Shown: one piece after another, positions 48,891 to 58,862 of the stretch
How the letters are laid out: every line of letters begins with the position of its first letter
Numbering within the stretch: the stretch's first letter is position 1
Source of the DNA: an uncultured Phycisphaerales bacterium
GTDB taxonomy: Bacteria > Planctomycetota > Phycisphaerae > Tepidisphaerales > Tepidisphaeraceae
Direction: 5' to 3'
Assembly: GCA_963758525.1 (NCBI GenBank)
Contig: CAVWVQ010000003.1
Span: forward strand, 992,001-1,056,000
DNA length: 64,000 nt
Notes under the pieces: model-generated
Told to the model about the DNA's origin: nothing
What the model saw: only the letters and a program-made list of their open reading frames with translations
Databases searched by the model: none
Position numbers and translations under genes: made by a program

Positions 48891-49679
48891 ATGACCACCA
48901 GTCTCTACCGCTATCGAGGATTCATCTGGCATCGCGCGATCACCGATATCCGCAATCGCTACGCGGGAACGGGAATCGGCATGTTCTGGAATCTCATCCA
49001 TCCGCTGGCGCTGATTGTGACGTATTCCCTTGTTTTCTCTACAATTATGGCGGCGCGCATCGACCACATGGAGGGCAAAAAGTTGCCTTACGTGGTGTAC
49101 CTGTGCTCGGGGCTGTTTCCGTGGCTGGCGCTGAATGAATCGATCATTGCGGGGTGCAATGCGTTTGTGGCCAATGCCAACTACCTGCGCAAGCTGCCGG
49201 TGCCGGAGCAGGTGTTTGTTGCGTCGGCGGCAATGTCTTCCACGCTGACGCTGTTGATGAATTTCGCGCTGCTGCTGCTGATCGCGGTGCCGCTGAACTT
49301 CATGCCGACATGGTATTGGCTGCTGCTTCCGCTGCCGTTGATCGCGTTGCAGGCATTGGGCTTCGGCATCGGTTTGTTGCTTGGAACGCTGAATGTTTTC
49401 TTCCGCGATATCGCGCAGTGGACGACGGTCACGCTGCAAATTGCGATGTGGACGGTGCCGATCGTGTACGCGGCGAAGATACTTCCGCCGTGGGTGCTGA
49501 GGGGTTTGGCGTGGCATCCGGTCATGCCGGCCATCGAAACTGTCCGGCATCTGCTGATGGATTCGACTTTGCCCCCTGCTCACGATTGGATCGGGATGTT
49601 TGCGTGGCCGGTGGCGATCGGGATCATCGCCGATCTGGTTCTGCGCAAGCTGCGGGCGGAAATCCGGGACTTGGTATGA
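48891..49679 (+). CDS. wzm: ABC-2 polysaccharide export permease
   Basis: DIRNRYAGT..G..W..IHPL, LNVFFRDI, W.VPIVY; six TM helices. Confidence 0.9.
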   Translation: MTTSLYRYRGFIWHRAITDIRNRYAGTGIGMFWNLIHPLALIVTYSLVFSTIMAARIDHMEGKKLPYVVYLCSGLFPWLALNESIIAGCNAFVANANYLRKLPVPEQVFVASAAMSSTLTLLMNFALLLLIAVPLNFMPTWYWLLLPLPLIALQALGFGIGLLLGTLNVFFRDIAQWTTVTLQIAMWTVPIVYAAKILPPWVLRGLAWHPVMPAIETVRHLLMDSTLPPAHDWIGMFAWPVAIGIIADLVLRKLRAEIRDLV

Positions 49680-51132
49680 GCGAGCCGGCGGCGTCGCGAG
49701 AATCTGTGGGCTCTGCTTCCTCCTCCGCTGGTAGTCCGGGGAAGGATCGAGGTGGCGGCCAGACTTGGGCGGCGCCGAGGACAAACTCGGCCCCCACCCC
49801 AGCCCTGCCCCGGAGTATCAGGGGAGGGAGCAAAGACGGCGAGCCACTGGTTCGGGCCTGGAGTCTGGGGAAGCGATACAAGCTGTACGATAATCCGTAC
49901 GCACGATTGGTCGAATGGGCCTCCTTCGGCTCGGCGGTGCGCCATCGCGATTTCTGGGCGCTGCGTGATGTCGCCCTGGAATTGGACCGCGGCGAATGCC
50001 TGGGGATCGTGGGGCGAAATGGGGCCGGCAAGAGCACGCTGCTGCGCCTGCTCAGCGGAACGCTGCGGCCAACCACCGGCGACTTTGACATCACCGGACA
50101 GGTCTTCTCCCTGCTGGAGCTCGGCACGGGGTTCAACGCGGAATTGACCGGCCGCGCAAACGTTCAGCAGACCGCGCAGCTCCTGGGACTTCCGCCGGAT
50201 TACGCAACGGAGCACATGCACACCATTGAAGAATTCGCCGACCTGGGCGATTTCTTCGATCGCCCGGTGCGCATCTATTCATCGGGCATGTCGGTGCGGC
50301 TCGCGTTCTCGATGTTCGCGGCTTTCGAGCCCGAAGTGCTGATCGTCGATGAGGCGCTGGCGGTGGGCGATGCGTCGTTTCAACGGAAATGCTATCGGCG
50401 CATGGAAGAGATGATCGGCAGCGGCCGGCACGGTGTCATCCTTGCCGCGCACGATACCGGCGCCATCACCAAGTTCTGCACCAAGGCGATCTGGCTCGAT
50501 GGCGGACACATGCGCATGAGCGGCAAGCCGCAGGAAGTGGTGCAGGCGTATCTCAGGGAATTGCTTCTCAGCGGCGCACAGATCGCCCCGGCCCCGGCAA
50601 AGCCGATCGCAGCAGCGAGCGGCGCGTCGCAGCCGCTGCGGGCTCCCGCGAAGGTGCCGGGCGAGGGATTGCTGTCGCGCAGCCGCGCGGCGGTGCTCTA
50701 TCCCTCGAGCGGCGCCGAGCTGCTTGGCGTCTGGGTGGAGGACAGCGCCGGGCATGTTGTGCAGACGCTGCAGATCGACGAGTCTGCGAGCATTTGCTAT
50801 GCTCTTCGATTCACGAGCCCGCAGGAAAATCCCGTCTTCGGGACCCGGGTGACGAACATCCGCGGAGATCCGTTGGTGGTCACGAATACGCAGGTGCAAG
50901 GCGTGTCGGTCGGCCGTTACAACGCGGGGGACAGCGAAGTGGTGCGCTGGCCTTGCGCCCGGGGCTGGGCGTTGGAGACTACTTCATTTCCTGCGGTTGC
51001 TCGCTGCATGACGATCCGCAACAGTTTCTGCTGCGCGAAGTGGATGCGTATCAGTTCACGGTGACGGGAACGCCCCGATGTTGGGGCGTTTGCAACCTCC
51101 TGGATGCCCCTCAGTTGAGCAGCCAAGCATGA
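49676..51132 (+). CDS. wzt: Polysaccharide ABC transporter ATPase with C-terminal carbohydrate-binding domain (frameshift near 50955)
   Basis: FWALRDV, GRNGAGKSTLL, YSSGMSVRLAF, VDEALAVGDASFQRKC; C-terminal L..GDYFIS.G in ORF 50389. Confidence 0.92.
49791..49830. repeat. CCCTCTCCC-family REP within the 5' coding region of wzt
   Basis: CCCCCACCCCAGCCCTGCCCCGGAGTATCAGGGGAGGGAG resembles the reverse complement of 11457-11496. Confidence 0.6.
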
Positions 51133-54100
51133 TTTCAGAACAGGGTGACGGTCTGGTTTTTCTGTTGGGCGTGCCGCGCTCCGGCACCACGCTGCTGGCG
51201 ACGATGCTCGCGCAGCACCCGCAAATTGTCAGTCCCCCCGAGCCCTGGCTGATGCTGGCGCTGGAGGCGATGGGGCAAACCCCGTTCGATCACCCTGCCG
51301 ACCCGCAACTGGTCGGCGAGGCGATGCTGAAGTTCGCCAACGACGACGCGAAAGTCGTTGCGTCCCGCGCCTATGCGCTGAGCGTCTACAACCGCATTCT
51401 CGCCGACGCCGGCCGCAGCGTGCTGGTCGACAAAACACCGCGCTACTATCTGATTCTTCCGTTCCTCAAGCAACTGTTTCCCAACGCGAAATATCTCTGG
51501 CTGCATCGCAATCCTCTGGACGTCGCTGCCTCGTTCAAGACGACCTGGAACGTCGACCTGGCGGCGGACATGCGAGCGTCGGGCGCAAACCGCGGTTGCA
51601 TGGACCTGGTGCTGGGAACGCGGACACTGGCGGATTTTGCCGACGCGGCTGCGCCTCCGGTGCATCGCATTGCCTATGAGCATCTCGTCGCGGAACCGCA
51701 GCGCCTCGCTGCCGAGGCGATTGCATTTCTGGGGCTGGAGCCGGCGGAAAATCTCGGCCATTTTGAGTTGCGCGAGAGCGAGCTGGCAAAATCCGATTTC
51801 GGTGATCGAAAGATCATCCAGACGCACGAACCTCACGCGCAATCCGTCGGGAAATGGGAGAAGGATCTGCCGCGCGAGGATCTGCAGACGCTCGTGGACG
51901 CGGTCGGCGCCGAGTTGTTCCGCCGCCTCGGATATCAGGGCGTGCTGTCCCGTTTGGCTGAGCTTGGGGTTGCAGAGCCGTCGGCTGAAGCCACGGCGCT
52001 GGCGCAGCAGCCGATTCAAGCGCGTTACGCCGAGCGGCTCGCGTCGGTCCAGGCGGTCTGCACCCTTCGCGGCGCGGGCTTCGCCGGTCCGGCGCCGCGG
52101 GACATCGCTTCACTTTTTTCCAATCCATTTGTTTCCCTGCTGCTGGAGATGAATGGCTGGCGGCAGAAGATCGTCGATCTGCATCGCGAGATTGCCGCGC
52201 AGACCCAAAGGGCCGCTGCCGCCGAATCGCTCGCACAGGAAAAATCCGCCGAGATGGCGGCGACCGCGTCGCGCATGCACGGACTGGAGACGGGCCTCGC
52301 CGAGGCATACGAGACGGCCCGGAAACTGCGCGATGAACTGGATCACAGTACCAGCGCCGCGAAGAACGGGAGTCCTGGCGGCTTGCAAAGTTCCCCGCAG
52401 GCGTTCGCGCATGTCAACGCCCCGGATGTCGTGCGCGACGCGGGCGAAGATCGCGCCTACCGCCCGAGTTGGTCGGGAGCGAGTGGAATGCTCAACGACG
52501 AACACGCCGGCATTTATGATGCCACCAAGGACCTCCCCGGCTGGCAGGATCCTGCCGACAGCCAGAAGCTCTATGAGATGGCTTATCACAGCGGGGCCAT
52601 CATCCTGGAAATCGGTGTCTATGGCGGACGCAGCGCCGTTGTCGAGTTGCGCGCCGCCCTTGCCGCGCTGGAAAAAAAAGAGGGAAGCAAGCCGCAGTTT
52701 TATGGCGTCGATCTGGATCCGATGGCTATTCCGCGCAGCCTCAAATCGCTGAAAGACGCGGGCATCGATCAATATTGCCTGCTGTTTCACGGCACGCTGA
52801 AGGATTTTCACCGCGATGTTCCCATCACCCCCACGATGGTCTTCGTCGACGGAGATCACAGCTACGAAGGGGTGCTGGCCGATCTGGCGCTCCTGGCGAC
52901 ATTCGTCGCGCCGGGAACGCCGATCATGTGTCACGACTACTCCGGCATCCCCGGCGTCAAGCGCGGAGTCGACGAGGCAATCGCCACCGGCCGCTTTGAG
53001 GTGATGGGTCTGTTTGCCGGCTCGATTTTGCTGCGCGCATCGTCGCTGTGCGCCGGAATTCCGCGCGGACTGGGGCAGCGGACCTTCGAGCAGATTCGCG
53101 ACGCGCTCCTGGAGGTCTACCTATCGCCCGAGGTGAAGCCGGAATCCCCCGTCAACCATGCCGCCAACCGGCAGATCACTCTGGCGGCACGTCAGGAACT
53201 GCGGATCGGAACCGACGTCGCCGGCAGCAGCGGGCGCGGGCAGTGGCCCTACGTTCGCCCGCACGCGGACCCGTTGCCGGCAACGCTTCCCGACGGCCGC
53301 CCCTGGCCGAAGATTTCGATCGTTACGCCGACGCTCAATCAGGGGAAGTTTATCGAGCGGACGATCCTCTCGGTGCTGCACCAGAACTATCCGAACGTCG
53401 AATACATCATCATGGACGGCGGCTCAGTCGACCAAACGCTGAGCATCCTCGCGCGCTACGCGCAGCGGGTCCGCATCATCAGCGAAAAGGACACCGGGCA
53501 GAGCAACGCCATCAATAAGGGCCTGCGGCTCTGCACCGGCGATCTGTTCACCTGGCTCAACAGCGACGACATGCTCGCGCCCGAGGCGCTGTCCAGCCTG
53601 GCGATGGGTTTCTACGCGTCCGGCGCGGATATCGTCGCCGGCGTCTGCCAGGTTCAGAAAGATGGAAGCGTGGTCAATCGTCACATGACCACCTGCGGCG
53701 ATGGCCCCCTCTTGCTGGACGATCTGCTCGATCTCGACGGCACCTGGATGCAGGGCCAATTCTTCTATCAGCCGGAAGTGATGTTCACGCGGGCGATCTG
53801 GGAACGCGCCGGCGCCCACGTCGAGGAATCGCTGCATTACTCAATGGACTATGAGCTGTGGCTCAGATTCGCGGAGCAGGGCGCAAAAGTGCATCCGATC
53901 GGGCGGACGATTGCGCTGTTTGGAGTACACGCCGAACAGAAGACGTTTCGCGTGGAGGATTTTCTTCCCGAGCTGCGAAAGGTGCGCGACGCGTTCATCG
54001 CCCGCACGAGCCGCCGCGCACCGTCCGCGCGTCCCGCGCCCGCGAAAAAGCAACTGCGCATCGTCTTCTTCAATGACTTGGGCTGGGTTGTTGGCGCGGG

Positions 54101-55562
54101 AATCGCGCACCATCGTCTGGCGGTGGCACTGGCATCCACCGGGTGCGAGATTGTCCCCATCGCCATCTCGCCCGACGTGACGCCGGCGCGGCTCTCCAGC
54201 GAGAAGATCATTGAGGCTATCACGCAGCATGCGCCCGATCTGGTCGTCATCGGAAACATTCACGGCGCCAGCCTCTCCCCCACCGTGATCGGCCAGATCA
54301 GCTCCCGATGGGCGACGGTGCAGATCATTCATGATTTGTGGATGCTCACCGGGCACTGCGCCTACAACGGTGATTGCGACAAATATCTGCTGGGCTGCGA
54401 TGAGAGCTGTCCGACGCCGCATGAATATCCCGTGCTGGCGCCTCCGAAAATCCGCCCCGCGTGGGAGGCCAAGGGACAGGTCATCCTCAGCGACCATGCG
54501 CCGATCCTCGCGGGACTCAGCGGATGGACCGTGGAATTCATCAAGACAAGATTTCCGCATCTGGCGTCAGCCAATCCTCCCAAGCTGATCAACGCCCGGT
54601 GCGGCTTGCCGCCGGAATTCTTCAATGCTCCGGACAAGCGCACCGCCCGGCAATGGCTCGCGCTGCCGGAGGATAAGTTCATCATCCTCTTCTCCGCATC
54701 GAACCTCAGCGACAAACGAAAGGGGCTCGGCCGGCTCCTCGAGGCGCTGCAACTGCTTCAACTCCCCGACGTGCTGGCGGTTTGCATCGGGCACATGGAC
54801 GCGGCCGCAACAGCCGAGGGGGTGGCGGTGCGATCGATGGGATATGTCTCCGACGCATCGGAACTGGCGATGTGCTACGCCGCCGCCGATCTGTTCGTCG
54901 GTCCCAGTCACATGGAAACATTCGGACAAACCTTCATCGAAGCCGCCGCATGCGGAACCCCTTCGGTTGCCTTTGCCGTCGGCGGCGTGCCCGATGCGCT
55001 TCTTTCCGGCGCGAGCGGACGACTGGTTCATTCCGTTACCGCGCGGGCCCTGGCCGACGCGATTGAAGAACTGCATCAGAACCCGACGCTTCGCCAGAAC
55101 ATGGGCGCATGGGGCCGGCTGTGGGCCGCCAATGAATGGTCGCTCCGCTCCGCGGCGCAGCGATTTCTCTCGCAGCTCAATGCCATCGGCCTGCTCGCGC
55201 AACTTGGCGCAGCGCCCAGGACCGCTTTCCCCACCGAGCCCGCGAGCGTTCCCGCTCCAACGTATCTCGACATGCAAAACCCCGCCCGCGCCGCCGCCCC
55301 GTCCAACGGCGGCCCCATGGTGCAGGCGCGCATCGCCCGCCTCGAAGCCGAGCGAGACCAGTTGCAGGCCCGCGTCCGGCAGATCACCAACACCCGCCTG
55401 TGGCGAACCGTCTCGACCGTCTATCCCGTCTACTACCGCACGATCCACGCCTCCTATTTCCCCGGCTGGCTGCGCGGAATGGTGCAGCGCCGCGTAAGGG
55501 GGATGGCCGCCGGGCCCCCGGCGAAGGCGCCGCCTAACGGAGATGCCGGGAAGTCGCATTGA
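51129..55562 (+). CDS. Multidomain glycan biosynthesis protein: sulfotransferase - coiled coil - SAM methyltransferase - GT2 - GT4 - short coiled coil/amphipathic tail
   Basis: GVPRSGTTLL and DKTPRY, RNPLDV..S (PAPS motifs); LEIGVYGGRS, FVDGDHSYE, CHDY; ISIVTPTLNQ, WLNSDD; HDLW.LTGHC, KRKG, ETFGQTFIEAAACGTP. Confidence 0.9.
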   Translation: MISEQGDGLVFLLGVPRSGTTLLATMLAQHPQIVSPPEPWLMLALEAMGQTPFDHPADPQLVGEAMLKFANDDAKVVASRAYALSVYNRILADAGRSVLVDKTPRYYLILPFLKQLFPNAKYLWLHRNPLDVAASFKTTWNVDLAADMRASGANRGCMDLVLGTRTLADFADAAAPPVHRIAYEHLVAEPQRLAAEAIAFLGLEPAENLGHFELRESELAKSDFGDRKIIQTHEPHAQSVGKWEKDLPREDLQTLVDAVGAELFRRLGYQGVLSRLAELGVAEPSAEATALAQQPIQARYAERLASVQAVCTLRGAGFAGPAPRDIASLFSNPFVSLLLEMNGWRQKIVDLHREIAAQTQRAAAAESLAQEKSAEMAATASRMHGLETGLAEAYETARKLRDELDHSTSAAKNGSPGGLQSSPQAFAHVNAPDVVRDAGEDRAYRPSWSGASGMLNDEHAGIYDATKDLPGWQDPADSQKLYEMAYHSGAIILEIGVYGGRSAVVELRAALAALEKKEGSKPQFYGVDLDPMAIPRSLKSLKDAGIDQYCLLFHGTLKDFHRDVPITPTMVFVDGDHSYEGVLADLALLATFVAPGTPIMCHDYSGIPGVKRGVDEAIATGRFEVMGLFAGSILLRASSLCAGIPRGLGQRTFEQIRDALLEVYLSPEVKPESPVNHAANRQITLAARQELRIGTDVAGSSGRGQWPYVRPHADPLPATLPDGRPWPKISIVTPTLNQGKFIERTILSVLHQNYPNVEYIIMDGGSVDQTLSILARYAQRVRIISEKDTGQSNAINKGLRLCTGDLFTWLNSDDMLAPEALSSLAMGFYASGADIVAGVCQVQKDGSVVNRHMTTCGDGPLLLDDLLDLDGTWMQGQFFYQPEVMFTRAIWERAGAHVEESLHYSMDYELWLRFAEQGAKVHPIGRTIALFGVHAEQKTFRVEDFLPELRKVRDAFIARTSRRAPSARPAPAKKQLRIVFFNDLGWVVGAGIAHHRLAVALASTGCEIVPIAISPDVTPARLSSEKIIEAITQHAPDLVVIGNIHGASLSPTVIGQISSRWATVQIIHDLWMLTGHCAYNGDCDKYLLGCDESCPTPHEYPVLAPPKIRPAWEAKGQVILSDHAPILAGLSGWTVEFIKTRFPHLASANPPKLINARCGLPPEFFNAPDKRTARQWLALPEDKFIILFSASNLSDKRKGLGRLLEALQLLQLPDVLAVCIGHMDAAATAEGVAVRSMGYVSDASELAMCYAAADLFVGPSHMETFGQTFIEAAACGTPSVAFAVGGVPDALLSGASGRLVHSVTARALADAIEELHQNPTLRQNMGAWGRLWAANEWSLRSAAQRFLSQLNAIGLLAQLGAAPRTAFPTEPASVPAPTYLDMQNPARAAAPSNGGPMVQARIARLEAERDQLQARVRQITNTRLWRTVSTVYPVYYRTIHASYFPGWLRGMVQRRVRGMAAGPPAKAPPNGDAGKSH

Positions 55563-55589
55563 TCAACAACCCAACCGCCCGCACTTCAG

Positions 55590-55755
55590 TTCCTTCTCCT
55601 TCAGCCGCCTCGCTCGCGAGGCGTGTCCGGGAACCGTACCCGTCCAAGAGGATGTCGAAAACGATGCAAAGCGTGGCGGTGGAACGCCGCTGCATTATCG
55701 TGGCGCCAGCGCCGCTGGACACGCCTCGCAAGCGAGGCGGCTAAAGGAGAAGGAA
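55590..55755. repeat. REPIN/MITE-like element with 39-bp inverted arms
   Basis: TTCCTTCTCCTTCAGCCGCCTCGCTCGCGAGGCGTGTCC vs reverse complement of 55717-55755 (2 mismatches); each arm is internally palindromic. Confidence 0.8.
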
Positions 55756-55944
55756 GTGAGCGCCCGCGAACGGCATACCTTCAAGAAGGGCCTGCGCGGC
55801 AGCACCTTGTAGTGCGGGCCTCCAGGCTGCAATTGAAGCTGTGCAAAGGTAGCTTGCTCCCGTTTCATGGCATTATGCGAGCTGCTGGACGCCGCCCGCG
55901 CAATGGCGCCCGGCGATCCGGTCCCGGCTGCGGCGGCCCTCCAG

Positions 55945-56628
55945 TTAGTCCCTCGGCGTGATCACATTCAATTGAATCGCATGGCGAAAGCGGAATCCAA
56001 CCTTTTCGTACAGAAACTTCGCGGCGTTTTCGGATTTCACGTGCAGAAATGGAGTCTTGCCATCGGCAAGAGCCTGCGAGGCGAGTGAGAGCAGGAGCGA
56101 GCGGGCATGGCCGAGGCCTCGGAAGCTGGGATCGGTGCAGACGGCGCTGATCTCGGTAAAGGCGTCGAGCCGGAGGCGCTGGCCTGCCATTGCGATCAGG
56201 CGTCCTTCGTCTGAGCGGATGCCGAGATACTGGCCCATGCGAATGGTGTTGGGCAGGAACGGACCGGGCTCGGTCGCGGCGGTCAGCGCAAGCATTTCCG
56301 GTACGTCGGATTCCTTCAGGTGCAGAAGCGTTGCGGGCGACGAGCCGTTGGGCCGCTCGCAGACCATCTGATCGATCAGCCGGCTGCGAACAATCTGCCA
56401 TGTCTCTGGGATGTCGATTGGACCGGCCGTAAAAAGTCCGACGTTTTCTCCGATCGGCACGAGGCCGCGCAAATCTGAAAACGCGGCGGGCGTGGCTTCG
56501 CGCACCGCGGCCAGCGGAGATACATCGCTGGGATATCGGCGGGCGAGGCCGGACGAACGCGCGATCGACGCATGCGCGCTGGTCAACGCAAACCAGATCG
56601 GATTGTCGAGCATTCTGAAATCGGTCAT
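55945..56628 (-). CDS. GNAT N-acetyltransferase (FR47-like)
   Basis: LDNPIW.AL, TEPGPF, MAGQR, EISAVCT.P.FRGLG, FLHV..EN.A..LYEK.GF. Confidence 0.88.
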   Translation of the reverse strand: MTDFRMLDNPIWFALTSAHASIARSSGLARRYPSDVSPLAAVREATPAAFSDLRGLVPIGENVGLFTAGPIDIPETWQIVRSRLIDQMVCERPNGSSPATLLHLKESDVPEMLALTAATEPGPFLPNTIRMGQYLGIRSDEGRLIAMAGQRLRLDAFTEISAVCTDPSFRGLGHARSLLLSLASQALADGKTPFLHVKSENAAKFLYEKVGFRFRHAIQLNVITPRD

Positions 56629-56639
56629 CGGCCGGTCAC

Positions 56640-57392
56640 TCACCGAAATCCGCCGGTGACAAACAAGGTTTCGCCCGTGACCCATTTTGAATCATCGGTC
56701 GCGAAGTAGACGACAGCCGGCGCGATGTCGTCGGGATGACCGACGCGCCCGAGCTTCGCGCCTGCGACGTACCCTTTCGTGAAGGCACTGTCCGGATCAC
56801 CGGCGCCGGCGTTGCCTTCGGTGACCACCATGCCGGGGTTCACGGAATTGACGCGAATCTTTTTGGGTCCGAGTTCGGCGGCAAGCGTTCGCGTAATCGA
56901 ATCGACCGCGGCTTTGGTCGCCGAGTAGACGCTTGCGCCGGGAAGCGCGGCGGTTGATACAACGGAGCTGATGTTTACCACGCTTCCGCCGGCCGGGCCG
57001 AAATGTTTGACGGCTTCCTGGGTCGCCATGAGCAGCCCGAGAACGTTGAGATCGAAGTGCTCATGAAAATGCGCGGGCGTCACCTGGTCGAGCGGCGCGA
57101 ACTTATAGATGCCGGCGTTGTTCACCAGCACGTCGAGACGGGAATACGCCTTTTTCGTCTCGGCGAACAATCGCGTCACGTCGGCCTGCTTCGACATGTC
57201 TCCCTGCACCGCGATGGCTTTGCCCCCCTTCCCGGTGATCTCGGAGACAACCTTGTCAGCCCCGGCCTTGCTCGACGCATAATTGACGACGACCGCCGCG
57301 CCCTCCGCGGCAAGCTGCCGGGCGATCTCCGCTCCAAGGCCCTTCGACGCTCCGGTAACCACCGCGACTTTTCCAGATAGTTTTGCAGACAT
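56640..57392 (-). CDS. Short-chain dehydrogenase/reductase
   Basis: TGASKGLG, NNAG, YSATK, IRVNSVNPG. Confidence 0.92.
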   Translation of the reverse strand: MSAKLSGKVAVVTGASKGLGAEIARQLAAEGAAVVVNYASSKAGADKVVSEITGKGGKAIAVQGDMSKQADVTRLFAETKKAYSRLDVLVNNAGIYKFAPLDQVTPAHFHEHFDLNVLGLLMATQEAVKHFGPAGGSVVNISSVVSTAALPGASVYSATKAAVDSITRTLAAELGPKKIRVNSVNPGMVVTEGNAGAGDPDSAFTKGYVAGAKLGRVGHPDDIAPAVVYFATDDSKWVTGETLFVTGGFR

Positions 57393-57551
57393 GCCAGCTC
57401 CTGTTTCCCTGTGTGTTTCGTGTGACCCGTCAGTGTAGGCCGGCTTGTTTCCCGGATCGATGACAGGCTTCTTTAATCTGCACATCCTCCGCCTGCCGCG
57501 GTGCAAATGTCGATTCGTCGATTCTCAGATTCGCTTTCAGTTTCCCAGTTC

Positions 57552-57944
57552 TTATTTGCTTCTCGGGGTTCGAGTGCGCGGCCTGCGCGTCGCTGGAGCA
57601 CCATCGCGTGAGTTGCCTTGCAACTGCAGGTGATGCGCCTTGACGATGGCAGCGACCAATCCGGGAAATCGCTTCTCGAGCTCGGCGCATCGGGATGTGT
57701 TGTGCATCTCGACGCCCCGGCGCTCGCCACGAATCAGGCCGGCTTCGCGGAGCGCCTTGAAATGCTGCGACAGCGTTGATTTGGGAATCGCTTTCTCGCT
57801 GATGCTCAGGAAGTCGGAGCAATTGATGGGGCATTGCGAGCCGACGATTCTGGCGTAGATCGCCACCCGCACCGGGTCGGACAGTGCATGAAGGATCCCC
57901 TCGACCGTGATGTCTTCAATCGATGGATGAAAAAGCGGCCGCAT
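57552..57944 (-). CDS. ArsR/SmtB-family transcriptional regulator
   Basis: LHALSDPVR..I, KSTLSQHFKALREAGLI, RFPGL. Confidence 0.9.
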   Translation of the reverse strand: MRPLFHPSIEDITVEGILHALSDPVRVAIYARIVGSQCPINCSDFLSISEKAIPKSTLSQHFKALREAGLIRGERRGVEMHNTSRCAELEKRFPGLVAAIVKAHHLQLQGNSRDGAPATRRPRTRTPRSK

Positions 57945-57966
57945 GAGCAATTTATTCTACTCTGGC

Positions 57967-58001
57967 TTGACTCTCAGTTCAATAGTTCTATTATTCGGAA
58001 C
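57967..58001 (+). promoter_or_regulatory. Putative promoter/operator between divergent arsR-like and SDR genes
   Basis: TTGACT-16-TATTAT overlapped by palindromes AATAG-TT-CTATT and GTTC-N9-GAAC. Confidence 0.5.
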
Positions 58002-58074
58002 AATGCGACTTCAGAAGAACAAACGCGTCGTTTTCCAGTTCTGAAGGACGCACGCACACTCGAAGGAGAAGCAG

Positions 58075-58821
58075 ATGAGCAAGCTCACGGGAAAAGTCGC
58101 GGTGGTCACTGGGGCATCCAAAGGGATCGGCGCCGGCATCGCCAGGGCGCTGGCAGCGGAAGGCGCGTCGGTCGTGGTCAACTACGCCTCGAGCAAATCG
58201 GGCGCGGAGACGGTCGTCGCCGCGATTACCAAGGCCGGCGGGAAGGCCGTGGCCGTCGGCGGCGACGTCTCGAAGAAGGCGGACGCCGAGGGAATTATCG
58301 CGGCCGCCATCAAAAACTACGGCCGTCTCGACATTCTCGTGAACAACTCGGGGGTCTACGAATTCGCGCCGATCGAGGCGGTCACGGAAGAGAATTTCCA
58401 CAGGATCTTCAATATCAACGTGCTCGGCGCGATCCTCGTCACCCAGGCAGCCGTCAAACATCTTGGCGAGGGATCGAGCATCATCAACATCGGCTCGGGC
58501 GTCAGCCGGCTCACTCCGGCGGGATCGACGGTGTATACCGGCACCAAGGGCGCGCTGGACGCCATCACCGGAGTGCTCGCCCGCGAACTGGGGCCGCGAA
58601 AAATCCGCGTGAACACCATCAACCCCGGAATGGTGGAGACCGAAGGCACGCAGACCGGCGGCTTCATCGGCTCTGATTTCGAGAAGGCCCTGATTTCCCA
58701 GGCGCCGCTCGGTCGCACGGGCAAGGTCAGCGACATTGCGCCCATTGCCGTCTTCCTCGCTTCGGACGATTCCGCGTGGCTCACCGGAGAACAACTCCTC
58801 GCCACCGGCGGCATCCGCTGA
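58075..58821 (+). CDS. Short-chain dehydrogenase/reductase (paralog of 56640-57392)
   Basis: TGASKGIG, NNSG, YTGTK, IRVNTINPG; AAGGAG RBS. Confidence 0.92.
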   Translation: MSKLTGKVAVVTGASKGIGAGIARALAAEGASVVVNYASSKSGAETVVAAITKAGGKAVAVGGDVSKKADAEGIIAAAIKNYGRLDILVNNSGVYEFAPIEAVTEENFHRIFNINVLGAILVTQAAVKHLGEGSSIINIGSGVSRLTPAGSTVYTGTKGALDAITGVLARELGPRKIRVNTINPGMVETEGTQTGGFIGSDFEKALISQAPLGRTGKVSDIAPIAVFLASDDSAWLTGEQLLATGGIR

Positions 58822-58862
58822 TACCCCTTGGACTTCCGCGCGGAAGCTGAGAGCATGGGACC

